Assembly: GCF_009914755.1 (NCBI RefSeq)
Contig: NC_060935.1
Direction: 5' to 3' (one strand)
Source: the human T2T-CHM13v2.0 reference genome, Homo sapiens
DNA: 64,000 bases
The translations under genes were made by a program, and so were the position numbers. Positions 15,301-33,382 of the stretch are shown here, piece by piece (the first letter of the stretch is position 1; every line of letters begins with the position of its first letter). Under the pieces are notes generated by a model. The model ran no database searches, was not told the DNA's origin, and worked only from the letters and a program-made list of their open reading frames with translations.

Positions 15301-16678
15301 TCATTTAATATTCCACATTTAGCCCATCCTTTTCTTCACTTTTCAGTTTCTCCCATTCTGTAATACCCTTTTATCTTACTGTTTCCCGTTTGTCTTTTTT
15401 TTCCTTTTATATTACAGCTGCTCAAGACCCATGATCTTCATGATAAACCATTCTCAAACATTTTGAGCCTAGCTGCTTTTGCATGCATACTGCTGAGGCT
15501 AATGACTCTGGGTCTGATTAATATAATAGCCCACATTTCTAAGAACTGTTTTGTGTGTGAGGGCATTGTGGCCCCCAGTGAGATCATAATATCCTGGAGG
15601 TGAGGTATCATGGTTTACTTTCTAGGTATACCTAATACTCATAGAACAGTGTTCAGTCAACATCTGATGATTGAATAAATAAACACAATTTATAAATAAC
15701 TCAAATACTTTTTATACTAGAATGATTTGGGGACTCTGATTTCCTATTTTATTCATCATCCAGAATTCATATTGCTGAAGGCTCTGTTACTAATCATTAT
15801 TATACATCATTATACATTGACAGTGGAACAAAATTCTATCTCTCATTTCTCATTCTGAAATTAGCTCAGGGATTGTAATCTTCTAGAAATTTTCCCTGAT
15901 ACTCTCCTTAGTCTCTCTACTCTAGGCTGGGTTGGGTGCTTCACCTAGCAATCTTTTCATGTATCTATCATAATGCTTATTCCACTGGATTGGTTTATTT
16001 GACTCCCTTTCTAGCTAGAGTGAGCAACTTCAGGGCAGAGACCCATACAAAACGACATATGTTGGCATTTGCTTTTTGTCTCCAATACCTGGTACATAAG
16101 AGGTGCTCACTGTCAGCTAATTTCATATTATGTTTTAAGTATGGAATGTATAGAAGACATAATTTGGTCACTCACAATATCAGCAGTTTTAAAAACAAAG
16201 TTAGATAGCTACTTAAAAATATGTATCTTACCCATCCATCCAACTTCCAATAGACAAGCATCTATGGAGTACCTATGTTGTGTTAGGCACTGTGAATACA
16301 AAGATTAAAGAGCCTGGGGTAGGAGGAGCCACATGTAAACAAACGCTTATAGAAGCCTAGGAAGTGGACAAGTGCTATGACAGAAACTTGTGAGCAATAA
16401 GCTAAAGTAGCCAAGAGTAAGGAGCGGCCAGCCTTCTTCTTAAAAGGTATTATTCTTTTATCATCATCACTTAGATGAAATGTGCTATATTCATTTATGC
16501 AGTTTTTATTTTTCTCTTAATATTATGTAAAAAGTCTTTAAAATTATAAAACCTTTGGATGCTGAGCGAATGGAGAAATGCCAGCCTGACCTGCTGCAAG
16601 CTGTGACAGATCATCAGCAGCATAATCTTACTCAGCTGGAGTCTCAGAGGATCCTCTAAACTAGTCAGGATGTTTTGA

Positions 16679-17293
<615 letters not shown>

Positions 17294-18705
17294 TTACACT
17301 GAAGTCTTTCTCATGGCCATTCGTGGGCTATTCCTTGAACTCTGAGCGTCTGGGGGCTTGGGAAGTTACTCCGGTCAAATCCTACAACCTCCATGGTGAG
17401 AGGCTGTATTGGGTAGTGGGAATTAAGATATAAATATGTTTTCATTGATCTTTCTAAAGAACATATCTTACCATGTTTCTCTCTTGCTCAAAAGCCTTCT
17501 AAGGATCTGTGTGCCTTTTAGGATAAGGTCTAAACTTCTACATAGGCATTCAAAGCTTCCTATTATTTGACCTCACCTACCTCTCCACCACTTAACTTCA
17601 TTGTGCCCCTTTGTATTTCATATTTCAGCCTTACAAAGTTGCCAACCACAGCTTCTCATCCCAGGTTGTTCCTCCTTGTCTTTGCCCAGGCTGTTTGCTG
17701 TTTGCTTTGGCTAGAAGGATGCCTGCCTTTTCCTGCTATTCTCATCTATCTAACGAGGTCCTACTTGGCCTTTAAGACTGAGGCCAGGTACAATCTCCTC
17801 TCTGCTGTCCCCTCTACCCTCACCTCCAGAAGAACTGACTTTTTTGAAACCACATTGTCCTTTCATTGATCACACCACTATCACTGCCTTTACTGTTCTG
17901 AAATAAATTTATTTACCCATCCATCTATGCTGTCAATCTGTATGGTCCTGAAAGACAAAGATAAAGGACTTTTAGGTCCTTGTTTTGTGTAATTTTGGAA
18001 GCGGGTACAGGCTGAGCATATAAGAGACATACAAACAAAAATATTGTTTCATGAACGGAAAAAAAAAAGTGAGTGGTTGGGAAAAATGATACTGAGTTCT
18101 AGTTCTGGCTCTCTTGGGATCTGTGGGAAGCCAGGATTGTCCTCTACAGGTCGGGTTCCTTGCTTGGGTAATGGAGGGAATAATGTTTGTCTCATGGGGA
18201 AGTGTTGAAATTCCGATAAGACAATGAACTAAAGGCATCTAGAAAACTGAGAAGTTTTAAAGAAAATTAAATATTGAGATGCTATTTCCAGTAATTTGGC
18301 ATATTAGATATTCTGAAAACCCCTTTCATTACAAAGCAGCTAAAAATTCTGAATAAAATAGTTATAAAATACTTTTAAATGCTTGGCTAAGCTTGCAAGT
18401 AAGAGAAATCTTCAGAGGATGAAAATGAAGCAGAAATGCAAACTCAGAAGAAAGCAAGTACTGAGAATAGCAGCAGACTGAAGAGTGATGAGCTAGTGTG
18501 TTAGTGTCTAGATTTGATGGCTGCATGAATAGGACTGTGTGAGCCCAGTGGTGGGATTAGATCAGAGACACCTGAGCAAAATTAGGACCCTGTGAGGCTA
18601 CACCCCAAACAAAAGGATAAAGTACAAAAATATTAGCACTTCAACAATATCCAGGATACATATCTATCCTGATTTTGGCTCATAGGGTAAAGAAAAGGGC
18701 CTGGG

Positions 18706-19033
<328 letters not shown>

Positions 19034-22000
19034 CTAATCAAGGCATGTTTGAATGTCAAATAAGTTACACTTGCAAACAGAATTGATAAAACTGAATAAA
19101 TTGGGAGAATAAAGGAGGGAGAGTCCACCTGAGTCGTAGAAGAAAGATCTTCGCAATAGATCTCCAGCGCTGTGAGGTCGAGGTGATCTCCAGCTCCAGC
19201 TGCAGGTGGCTAACATAAATGTGCTGTCCTGGTGGTAGGGGTAACGTATGAGATGGGCTCATCTGGCCATCCTAGCTCAATGACAGTAGTCATTAGGGTC
19301 ACTTGGGTGGCTAATTTCCCTCTCAGAGTCCAGGCTCACCAAGCCTCCAGCTCATTAAAAATATAATTTATCCTAGTGTTTTTCCTATTGAGAGCAATGT
19401 GCTAGTTATAGCACATTCTGGTATCTTGAGTAGTTACATTTTGCATCATATATTAAAAACATGGTATTACAGCATATAAGCTTGATTACTCCTGGATACA
19501 CTGACAAAAACTGAGTTCCAGAGACTGTAGATGGAAGGCCCAGATCTAGTATAACGACAACCCAAAAAGGGTCTATTACCCTTGGAAGTCATATGGGAAG
19601 TCTACAGCTAGTCTTCCTGAATCCTTTTTCCTTCATTTCTCTATTAAATGCAACTACGTTCACGTGAACAATGTTATTAAAAAGAGGAGATACTTGTAGG
19701 AGATCAAAAAGATCTTTTTAGTAGAATGAGAAGACATGTATTAGGAAACTTGTGAAGAGAGGGGCATACCAAAGGTGGTCACATGGAAGACAACAACAGA
19801 AGGCTTCAAAGCTGCTGGTTGATTACAACCTTCTTATATCTAAATGAGCTAGCTCCTCAGAAGGATGCAGTATAATGTGTGCCTCATATTTAAATAGTTA
19901 ATTTGGTCAGTTAGCCAAATAATCAGTCAAACAGATTATTGGGCATCATACAGATACACAAAGATAGAGGGTTTTGTTGAACTGCTATTTGAGGACATGT
20001 TATTAAAATAATAGAAAGAAATCTGTCATCATAAGGGGGGATCTATGCATTAAATATACAATATAGAGCAGGCTGACTTCAGCAAAATAATAACCACACT
20101 GATACAGAGTTTATACTAAACATACTGTGGTTGGTACTGTGTGGGATAAAACAACCCTACTAGAGGGGGATGGTATGGGATACTGTGATATTGGGAAAGA
20201 GTATGGGCATTGGAGCTACATAGATCTAGGCTTGAATCATAATCCTACCAATAAATACTTGAGTAACCTTGGTGTAGTTTCTTGAGGTCTTGCTTTTTTG
20301 GCTATAAATTGTGAATCTATTTTCTGGCATTGTGAAGATGAATTGAAATAACATAAAAATACTAGAATCACACAGCAAGTGCTTGGTAAATGCTAACTCA
20401 TTTCCTTTCCCTCTAGAAAGTTATGACCTTTGAAAGGCAAATAGTCACACATAAAGTAATAAATCAACATTGCAAAGCCACATATGTTAAGTACCAAATG
20501 AGTATTGTGGATGAAAGATCTCTGTGTTAAAGAACAAATATTAAGTCATATAGAATGTACAATCTGAACTAGATCTTGACAGATGGGTAGAAATTAGGAA
20601 AGTGGAAAGGAAAGTAGAGGGTATTTCCGTACATGGCATGAGCCTAGGGCCAGAGCGGAGATATGCAAGATGTATTTGGAGAATAGTGAGTATCCCAGTT
20701 TGAATAATGTGCAGGATTGGCTTCAAGGAAAACTAGAAGACTGAGGCAGACTGGGAAGGAACATGGATGCCAACCTAAGGAATTCACACTTTATACTTGG
20801 ATAATGTGAAGACATTGAATGTTTGTGTACTCAGGGGAGACTTTGTGAATGCAATAACTTCTATTTGTAAGCCTTAAGTGTTTATGTTACATTGTTCTGT
20901 TTCTACAGCCCCCCAAGTTTGCCTGCAATGAGGTTAATTAATAATTCTAAAGGTCTCTAAAGACACTTCTGCTGCAAAGTGAGGGGCTTTGATTGAGGCT
21001 GTAACATAAGGTCTTGGATTTAACTGCTAAGATCTGTCTGAGTTCTTTGTAAAACTCTTTTCCTTCTCTTCTCTGGAGTAAATCTTAGAATTAGGCACAC
21101 ATCTGAGACTACATATAACAACCTTGGTAAATGGAATCAATCAGACAAATTAAAAAATTTTCTTCTCGCAACATAAATCAACTATAGATCAATTAGTTTG
21201 ATTTAAAAATATTTGGAGTACTTTCTTATCCACATATCCAACATGATAATCTAATAACCAAGTTCCACCTCAATTTGTTTTTGTCTAAATTTCTCAAGAA
21301 AATAAACAAAGAACCAATTTTATGTTGCTCCACATACGTTCTCACTTTTCATAACCATACCTTCTAATCATTATTTTATCTCCAAAGCAAAAAAAAAAAA
21401 AAAAAAAGGATTACCCCTCTTTTTCTTTTATTTCATAATGTTTTGGTTGCCAACTTATTTTTTAAGTTATATATACTATCCATAATAACAACAATTTGCT
21501 TTTGCTCCCTGTTGCATTTTGAAGTTTTAAAGATAAGTTAATTATAAAAGGAATATTTTTTGATAATTATAACAGGAATAATTTTAGCAATCTTGTTAAA
21601 CTAAATAAAAGTAAAAAAGTAAATATCTATTGTACAGAGTTATTTTTCATAGTTGTGTCATTTGTTCTCAAGCTCTCATGACTGGTGAAATAATGTCTGA
21701 AACTATTATGAAGCTGGGGCATTAGCAAAACTAATATTCAAAAATAGGATTAGAGAAAAAAACTCTGCATATTCTTCCTGAAGGCAAAGTACACTTTATG
21801 AAAGATTTTTTAAAATGTCTTTCGAGTTGAAGCATTATGGTATTATGAAACTCCAATTAATTATCAAATGTTCAAACCCTCTACAATTAGTGTGATATGG
21901 GGAAAATGGCTTGAATTAAAGTGAAATAATTGGGTTCAAGTATTTCATGTTTTATCTTAACTCTGATTTGGATATATCCATATTATTGTAGAAAAAACTT

Positions 22001-22319
22001 TAGGCTGAGGCCTGTTTTCTAGTCCTGACTCCAATATTAATGCCTGAGTGTCCTTGAAAACAGCCTCTGAACAAGTTTCCATATTGTATAACTAGGGGAG
22101 GGGTGAAAAAGGCAAACCAGAATCGCCACGATCCCTTCCAGCTCTAGCATTTCACATGCTTGCTTAATGAAAATCAGAAGTGGGGCGTTCCCATTTCTAA
22201 AACCACAATTCCACTTGATGATTTAATAAATATTTAGTACTCACCTTCAAGAAAGTGGAGAGAACAGAAATGGCTCTATTGTTAGGTCCTCTCCAACTTG
22301 GCCTCTCTTCAGCTTTTGA

Positions 22320-22460
22320 CATTATAAACGTTCCTCTCTGTATTTCCGTAATTGAAATTTTGGGAAATGTTCTATGTATCTGTTTGCCCAATATCGTAGC
22401 TACCAGTCATATGTGTTAGTAAGCACTTGAAGTGTGGTTGGTGTGATGGAGAAACTTAAT
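22320..22460. mobile_element. MER3/MER33-like hAT-Charlie MITE fragment
   Basis: ggaaatgttctatgtatctg...ccaatat...tagctaccagtcatatgtg...agcacttgaagtgtgg. Confidence 0.55.
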
Positions 22461-24536
22461 TCTCCTCTTTTTCCTTTCCTCTAGCTCTTTCTTGGAGGGG
22501 TCCTTTGTCTCTCTAGGTCTCAGTTTAAATTGTGCTCTGTGACCACTCCATCTAAACTAGTCCCCCACACCTTTTTTTTTTTTTTTTAATCACGGCATCT
22601 TGTAAGGACACTTATCTTACAGTAAATTAATTGTGTTTGTTTGTTTGCTTGTTGCCCATCTCTCACTAGAATGCAATCTCTATGAGAACTACAACCCCCT
22701 TGGGCCTCTAGCATCTAGTCTAGTGCCTGGTACAGATTAGGTACAGATTAGTGCCTGGTACAGATATTTTTTGAATAAATTAATAAATAGGTGGTCTTAT
22801 CCTTTGCTATATTGATAATCCACTAATTCATATCTCTAGCTCAGATCAGTCTTCTCTACTCCAAATTTCTATTCAGTTGCTCCAGAATGAAATCATTATT
22901 TTCTCCCAGAATTTTTTTTCTCCCTTTTGTTCCTTATCTGGGTTAATTGTGTCTGCCCAATTTTCAAATCAGAAACTTCTGCATTTTCTTCTCTACTGCT
23001 CATCTAGTACTTCCAATCATCCAACAAATGCAGTCATCTTTAATTCAGAAATGCCTCTCACGTCATCTTAGTATTGTTGCCTTAGTTCAGGCCCATGACA
23101 TCTCTGCCAGGGATCCCTAACTAGGATTCTCCTAACAATATGAAGTAACTATTAATTTGGGCTCCATGGACTTCTTCAATCTCAACTTCCAATACATTCC
23201 TTCTGGCACTATACCTATCAATTATGCATAAATTCCTGTGTGGCCCTCATGGTCAGACTCTCCTGTGCCATTTGTGTGTTCTTCCTCTGTTTGGAATGCC
23301 CATCTCCAGATGAACCAGTTTATCCTTCAACAATTCCACAGGCACATTTAGCCATCTCCTGGGCAGTGTTCCCAGAGCATTTTATTTGGGGGCATTATAG
23401 CACTATCACTTAAAAATAGATACAGATATACGTATCTGTCCTCTACCAACTGGGAATTCTTTATGCACAAAAAATATATCTATTCAATTTTTTGAAGAAT
23501 GACTTATTCCTCTGCAGTAGTTAATTACCCAGCTTTGGTTTCAGACACACATCTAAGTTTAAAACTGAGATTTGCCATTTATTAGCTACAAGACTTTGGT
23601 CAATTTACTTCATCTTGTTGAACCTCAGTTTTTATATCCCAAAATGGGTATAATGGTAGTACTTACATTGTGGTTTTTGTGAGGATTAAATGGGATAATA
23701 AATGCAAATTCCTGGACCATATTAATAAATAAGGGAGATAAATAAATATAAATAAATAATATATATAATAAATTAATAAATAATAAATAAATAAAAAATT
23801 GCAAGCTCTTAATAGCCATTCAAATGTTTATCGAGCATAAACATTTGTCAAGTATTGTGTTATAGATGAAGATTATTATGACCGACTTGGTCCTCATAGA
23901 ATTTCTAATCTAGAGGAAGAAATAAGACATAAATATAGAGACATAGATATTTGAAACGAAATGTAGAATAATAAAAGAGATACATAAAAATTGTTATGAG
24001 GGCCTGGGATAGAAAGAAATAATTTCTAGATGGGGGTCTATGGAAGGTTTGCTGAAGGAGATCACACTTTAATTACACAGGAAAACATGGCCAGAATTAT
24101 TTGCTTTGTGAATTACTTCTCTCAGCATAGCATGTGCTTTGCAAGGGCAGATGCAGGTTTTATGTGGTCTGGAAGTTTTACAATCTGGAGCTCCTTTTTT
24201 TTTTAAAAAAAAAAAAGCATAAAATATTACATTTATAACGCGAATTTCTTATTTACCCAGAATGCTAGTGCCTGACATCTAAAATGTGCTTACTGTAAAT
24301 GAACTCCCTTTCCCCCGGCCTTCGTGTCTCCAGTACCCAGCAAAATGTCTAGCAAACAAGGTACAAGAGCTTGAAGAGGTCCATGTAATTGAAGGGCCTA
24401 GGGTTTCAAGGTAAATACACTTCTGGTGCTGTGCTTGGCGCTGGAAATATAACTATAAATACAATTTAGGTCCTGACTTAATGGGCTCTCATCCTAGGGG
24501 GACAGGGAGGTAAGTAAAAATAACTAATTATAATAA

Positions 24537-24898
<362 letters not shown>

Positions 24899-25342
24899 CC
24901 GGGGTAAGTTTTCTAATAGATAGGAGAGCACTGATTTGATATAGAGAGATGGGGAGTGGGATAATAATTAATGAATAAGGAAAAGCATAAATTAAGGAAG
25001 TCAGGGAATATGTGGTGTTTGAAGGAAAGCAAATATTTTCACTGGACTACAATGTACCATTCTAGCAGGGGTGTGGTGGAGACATGAAGGCAGAGGCCAG
25101 ATCAGGAAGAGGTTCTTAGACAGGGCAAACAGAGATTCAATTCTTAATACTCAGAAGAACAGAGCAGAATATTTGCATATACTTTCTTCATTCATTTAAC
25201 CAAGGTTTGGCCAGCAGCTACTGGGCTCGACCCTGGCTGAGCCTTGCACATACAAAGCTATACAAGAGCTCTCTGTCCCTGAAAAGTTTACACTCTGCAT
25301 TATGTGTTGAATTTTGTGTCTCCAACCCTAAAGAAATTTTGA

Positions 25343-25707
<365 letters not shown>

Positions 25708-25789
25708 TTAGATGTTAAGAAGAGGTCACAGTGGAGTAGAATGAGTCCCTTATCCAATCTGACGGGTCTCCTTATAAGGAGACAGCCAG

Positions 25790-26384
<595 letters not shown>

Positions 26385-28134
26385 AGACAGCCATGTGAAG
26401 ACAGAGATACACCAGGAGAATGCCATAAGAAGATGGAGGCCAGTGTTGGAGTGGTGCAGCTGCAAACCAAGGAACACTCGAGGTTGCTGGTAAAACTCCA
26501 GAAGCTAGGAAGAGGCAAGGAGAGTCCCCTACAGGTTTCAGAGGGACCAGGGCCTGCTAACACTTTGATTTTGGACTCTAGCCTCCAGAACTGAGAGACA
26601 ATACATTTCTGTTGTTTTAAACACTCAGTTTGAGTAGTTTGTTATCTGAGACCTAGGAAGCTAATACGTTCTGGTAGGGGCTACGTGAGCCAATGCACAA
26701 ACTGACATGAACATCACCTGCCTAGAGGGGCAAAAGGAGTCACTGAGGCTGACTCAATCCCTATGACCTGTCACTTCAGAAAATGGATTTGAAATAAAAG
26801 TATAATCATACCAGTGCAGTTTTGGGAGCTGTTACCAGGGGCCTGGGCAGAAAGCCTTATATTCAAATGGCAAAGCTTTCCATAAACCTCATTAATAGAA
26901 TTTCAGAAGTTTTCATGTAGTTAAGATATGTATGTAAGAATTACTGTGGAAAAAAAAGACAAAGGACTACCATGAATGCATCATTAATTACTATTACTGA
27001 AATTCATTTTCAAAGATAATATGTAAGGAAATACAAACATCTTACTAACCTTTAGCTGTAGTTGAACTCTAAAAATTCTTTCCTTTAAAAGAAACATTCA
27101 ACTGTTCTCTTCTCTGGGGGTATCACAGGTGTTGTCCTGTATAAATGTCCTGTATAAATGTTTTACCAGCTACAAGTTCTGTTTTTTTGCTAATTCTAGG
27201 GGAGGCTTTACATAACAATTAGTTCAGCCCTGATGAGTTTTCTAATTCCTTCTTTTCTTTATCAGGAAAAAAGAGGAAGAGCATTGCTTCCCATCCTTGC
27301 TTTCTCAATTGAGAAATTTCATTGATCTTACTGACCTACTTTCCCTTTCTACCCAGACTCCTGCCCTTAGAGCAGAGGTTAGCCAAACTCTTCTTGAACA
27401 TGGCATTCTTAAAGTTATTCATTAACTATTTCCTTTAGTCACAGCAAAATCTGAAAGCCAACTTTGGACACTGATAAGAATGGGAAGTGATTTTTAGAAG
27501 AATCATCAAAATTTTTCCTCTAAACAAATATGTGTAGCCTCATCTTCTGACAAACCCTCAAAAATACTCTAAATTCCAATCACATAAAATCCCCTTGATT
27601 TTCTCCGAATTCCTAGCTTTTCTTTAAGTGGACTCTTTCCCTCACCTTGGTCTTTCCATGTATAGTCCTTTCTGCCAGCAGTTGGCTTCCTCTCTTTTAT
27701 ATACCTAGGAAACTTTCCCTCATTCCTCATGAATAGTTGAACAACATTTGGTCTCCTCAGCTCTCCCTAACACTAGTTCCTCTAGGATTCTATTGCACCA
27801 AATTCATATTGTGATTATCCTAATTATCATACTCTATCATTTTATCCATTTAACAAGTATCTGTTGAGGGTCTACTATACTCCTGGAGGGCTCCACTGTG
27901 GCTAGGATTATTACCATAAAGCAGATGGTTTCTGCTCCCAAGAAGTTCACAACATAGAGGCTTATTAGAAGAGTAAACTAGAAATTATAAGCCAGAACAC
28001 TAAAGTTATAATCTTGTACAATAAAAATTTATTTGCATACTTGCTTTTCTCACTTGACTCTGAGATTCTTGAGTATTTTATTTACTTTGTGAGTTAGTGT
28101 CTGATATCTAAAAAGTACCTAATAACACCCATTG

Positions 28135-30145
28135 AAAATGAAAACTTTCAGTAAACTAGGAATAGGGGAACTCCTCAACTTATTAAATAATATCTACAAA
28201 ATCCCTACAGCTAATATCATGCCTAATGGTAAAAAAAACTTGAAGCTTTCCCACTAATATCAGAAACAAGGCAAGAATGTTCCCTTTCACCACCGCCTTT
28301 CGTCATCATACTGCAAGTTCTAGTTAATACAATCAGACAAGAAAAGGAAATTAAAAGCATACATATTAGGAAGGAAGAAATAAAACTGTCTTTGTTCACA
28401 GATAACATAATACTCTTTGTATAAAATCCAAGATAACTGCCAAAATCTCCTGGAACTAATAAGCAATTAGAGCAAGGTTGTAGAATAAAGGATTAGTACA
28501 AAAAAGCCAATTAATTTCCTATATGCTAATGATGAAAAAGCGAAAACTGAAATTACAAATATAATGCCATTTATATTAGCACCCCTGAAAATGACATACT
28601 TAGTTATAAAGCTAACAAAATATGTACAAGACCTATATGAAAAAAACTACAAAACTCTGATGCAAGAAATCAAAGAACTAAATAAATGGAGAGATAGTCC
28701 ATGTAAATGGAGACCTAGAAATACTCAATATTGTCAACATGTTAGTTCTTTCCAACTCAATTTGTAGATTTAGTGCAATCCCAATCAAAATCCTAGCAAG
28801 TTATTTTGTGAACTTTATATGGAGAGGCAAAAGACCCCAAATAGCAAGCAAATATTGAAAGAAAAAACAAATTTGGAGGATAACACTACCTAGCTTCAAA
28901 ATTTTCTATAAAGCTATAGTAATCAAGACAGTATGGTATTGGTGAAAGAGGAGACAAACATGGTGCTAGAACAACTGGACATCCACATGCAAAACAGAAA
29001 AAAATAGGTAGACACAGACATTATACCCTGAACAAAAATAAACTCAAAATTCATCACAAACCAAAATGCAAAACACAAAACTATAAACTCCTTGGAGATA
29101 CTGTAGGAGAAAATCTAGATGACCTTGGGTTTTGAGATGACTGTTTGGATACAACACCAAAGGCATGATTCATGAAAGAAAGAACTGATAAGCTGGACTT
29201 TTTTATTTTATTAAAATAGAACATATGTTTTTAACATATGTAAACATATGGACAGTTTTTATTTTATTAAAATAAAAACAGTCTGCTCTGTGAAAGACAA
29301 CGTCAAGAGAATGAAATGACAAGCTAAATACTGAGAGAAAATGATTACAAAAGACATGTCAGATAAAGAACTATTATTAAAAATATACAAAGAACTCCTA
29401 AAACTCAACAAACAAACAAAATCTAAAACTGACAAACAACTCAACTAAAAATGGGCCACAGAACCTCAGACACCTCATCAAAGAAGATAAACAGATGACA
29501 AATAAGCACATGAAAAGACGCCTCACATCATATATCATCAGAGAAATGCAAATTATAACAATAATGAGATACCACTACACGCCCATTGAAATGGTCGAAA
29601 TCCAGAATACTGACAAAAACAAATGCTGGCAAGGATGTGTACCTGCACTTATTCATTGCTGGTGGGAATGCAAATGGTATAGTCACTTTGGAAGATAGTT
29701 TGGTGGTTTCTTACAAAACTAAACATACTCTTACTATATGATCCAGCAATTGTGCTCCTTGGTATTTCTCCAAAGAAGCTGAAAACACATGTCCACAAAA
29801 AAACCTGCACCTGCATGTGAATAGTTCTAGCAGCTTTATTAATAATTGCCAAAAGTTGGAAGCAATCAAGATGTCCTTCAGTAGGTGAATGGATAAATAC
29901 ACTGTGGTACATCTAGAAAATGGAACATTATTCATCACCAAAAAGAAATGAACTACCGAGCCACAGAAGTACATGGAGGAAACTTAAATGCATATAAGCA
30001 AAAGAAGCCAATCTGAAAAGGCTACATACTGTATTATTCCAACTATCTGATACTCTGGAAAAAGTAAAACTATGGAGACACTAATAAAATCAGTAGTTGA
30101 TGGGGTATAGGGGGAGGAAGGGATGAATTGGTAAAAGAAGATACA
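28135..30145 (+). mobile_element. Old L1 (L1MB/MC-like) ORF2 3' part and 3'UTR, resuming at ~32001-32320
   Basis: Degraded ORF2 peptides (LTKYVQDLYEKNYKTLMQEIKE; REMQIITIMRYHYTP). Confidence 0.85.
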
Positions 30146-30149
30146 ATTT

Positions 30150-31998
<1,849 letters not shown>

Positions 31999-33382
31999 TC
32001 AGATAATTTTTAGGGCAGGGAAACTATTTTGTATGACACCATAATTCCAGATACATGTCATTATACGATTGTCCAAACCCTTAGAATGTGCAACACTAAA
32101 AGTGAACGCTAATGTAAGCTATGGACCCTGGATGATAATGATGTATCAATGTAGCATAATCAATTCTAACAAATGTACTTCTCTGGTGGAGGATGTTAAT
32201 AACAGGTGAGGCTATGCATGTGTTGGGGCAGGACACACATGAGAATTTTCTACATTTTCTGCTCTTTTTTTTTTTTTTACTATGAACCTACAGCTGCTCT
32301 GAAAAATAAAATCTATTAAAAAGTGGTTAATGAATACAAGTTCTCTTTGCTCCTATGTCCTAAATACCTGGTAAAATAGTAGGCACAAAGAATATGATCA
32401 ATGAATCATTATGGAATGAAAACCTAAAAGACATCTAAATCTCAGTGCGAACAAGTTGATCCTAAGAACTGATTTTGATAAAAGGAAGATTGCAGCACTG
32501 GGGACCAAAAACAAAGGAGGGTGGTTAAGAGATGAAGACATTCGATCTAGCACAATGAAGCTGGGGCATCCCAAATATGCAACGTGTCTGTTTTGCTGAG
32601 TACGAGTTCTGATCTATGTAAGGCCAACTCAGGACTCTTCCCAAGCCCTGCTTGCTGCTAAAAATTACATGGAAGGAATTCTTGCTGTCAGACAAGAAAA
32701 ATGGCTTCTTGGGTACGTCAGGGGGTCAAAACCACACTGCAAAAGGTGCTTTCTTGCATTTCATACCTCTTCCCATTATTTCTCCACTGAAATCATTCCA
32801 GTTTCCCCATAATGATCCCTTCTTCTGGCAAAATAAGTCAAAAGGCATGAGGAATTGAAAAAGAAAAAATCAGAGGAATGAAGACTCTAGTTCACTCTCA
32901 TTATCCTCCAGATAAAATGGAGCTCCTGGTCAGAAAATTAGGAGGCCTGACTTCTGGTCTTGAATTTGTTGTGGCCTTGGAAAATCTTCTGCCTGTCTCT
33001 TACCCTTAGATCATTTTCTCACAAGGAGGTGGACATTATAATATCCTTTTTTGCCCCACAATGGCTATGGCCCTTGAGTAAATTGAAAGAAGGACATTAT
33101 TATAAAGCAGCTCTCCATAGTGATGTGTGTTTTACTGACACACAAGGCCAGGTAATGATAATGATATTTTCTTCTGCAAAAACCCCATGCACTCTCAAAC
33201 ACAAGGCTTGATCTTTGATAGCCATGGTTCTCTTAGATGTCAAGGGTGACAGGTACTGATGTGGCTTATAGTTTTTTTGTAAGCCCAAATTATTTGCTAG
33301 CATTGACATATTGGAATACACAAACACAAATGCATAAAAATGATGATCTAGCACTCCTATAACTTTGTAATGATTTCAACTC

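Noticed and set aside
19138-19197. Alternative exon frame WSWRSPRPHSAGDLLRRSFFYDS using the cctgcag acceptor
   Set aside because: With the 19129 donor it ends in phase 1, which is incompatible with the PDZ3 exon.
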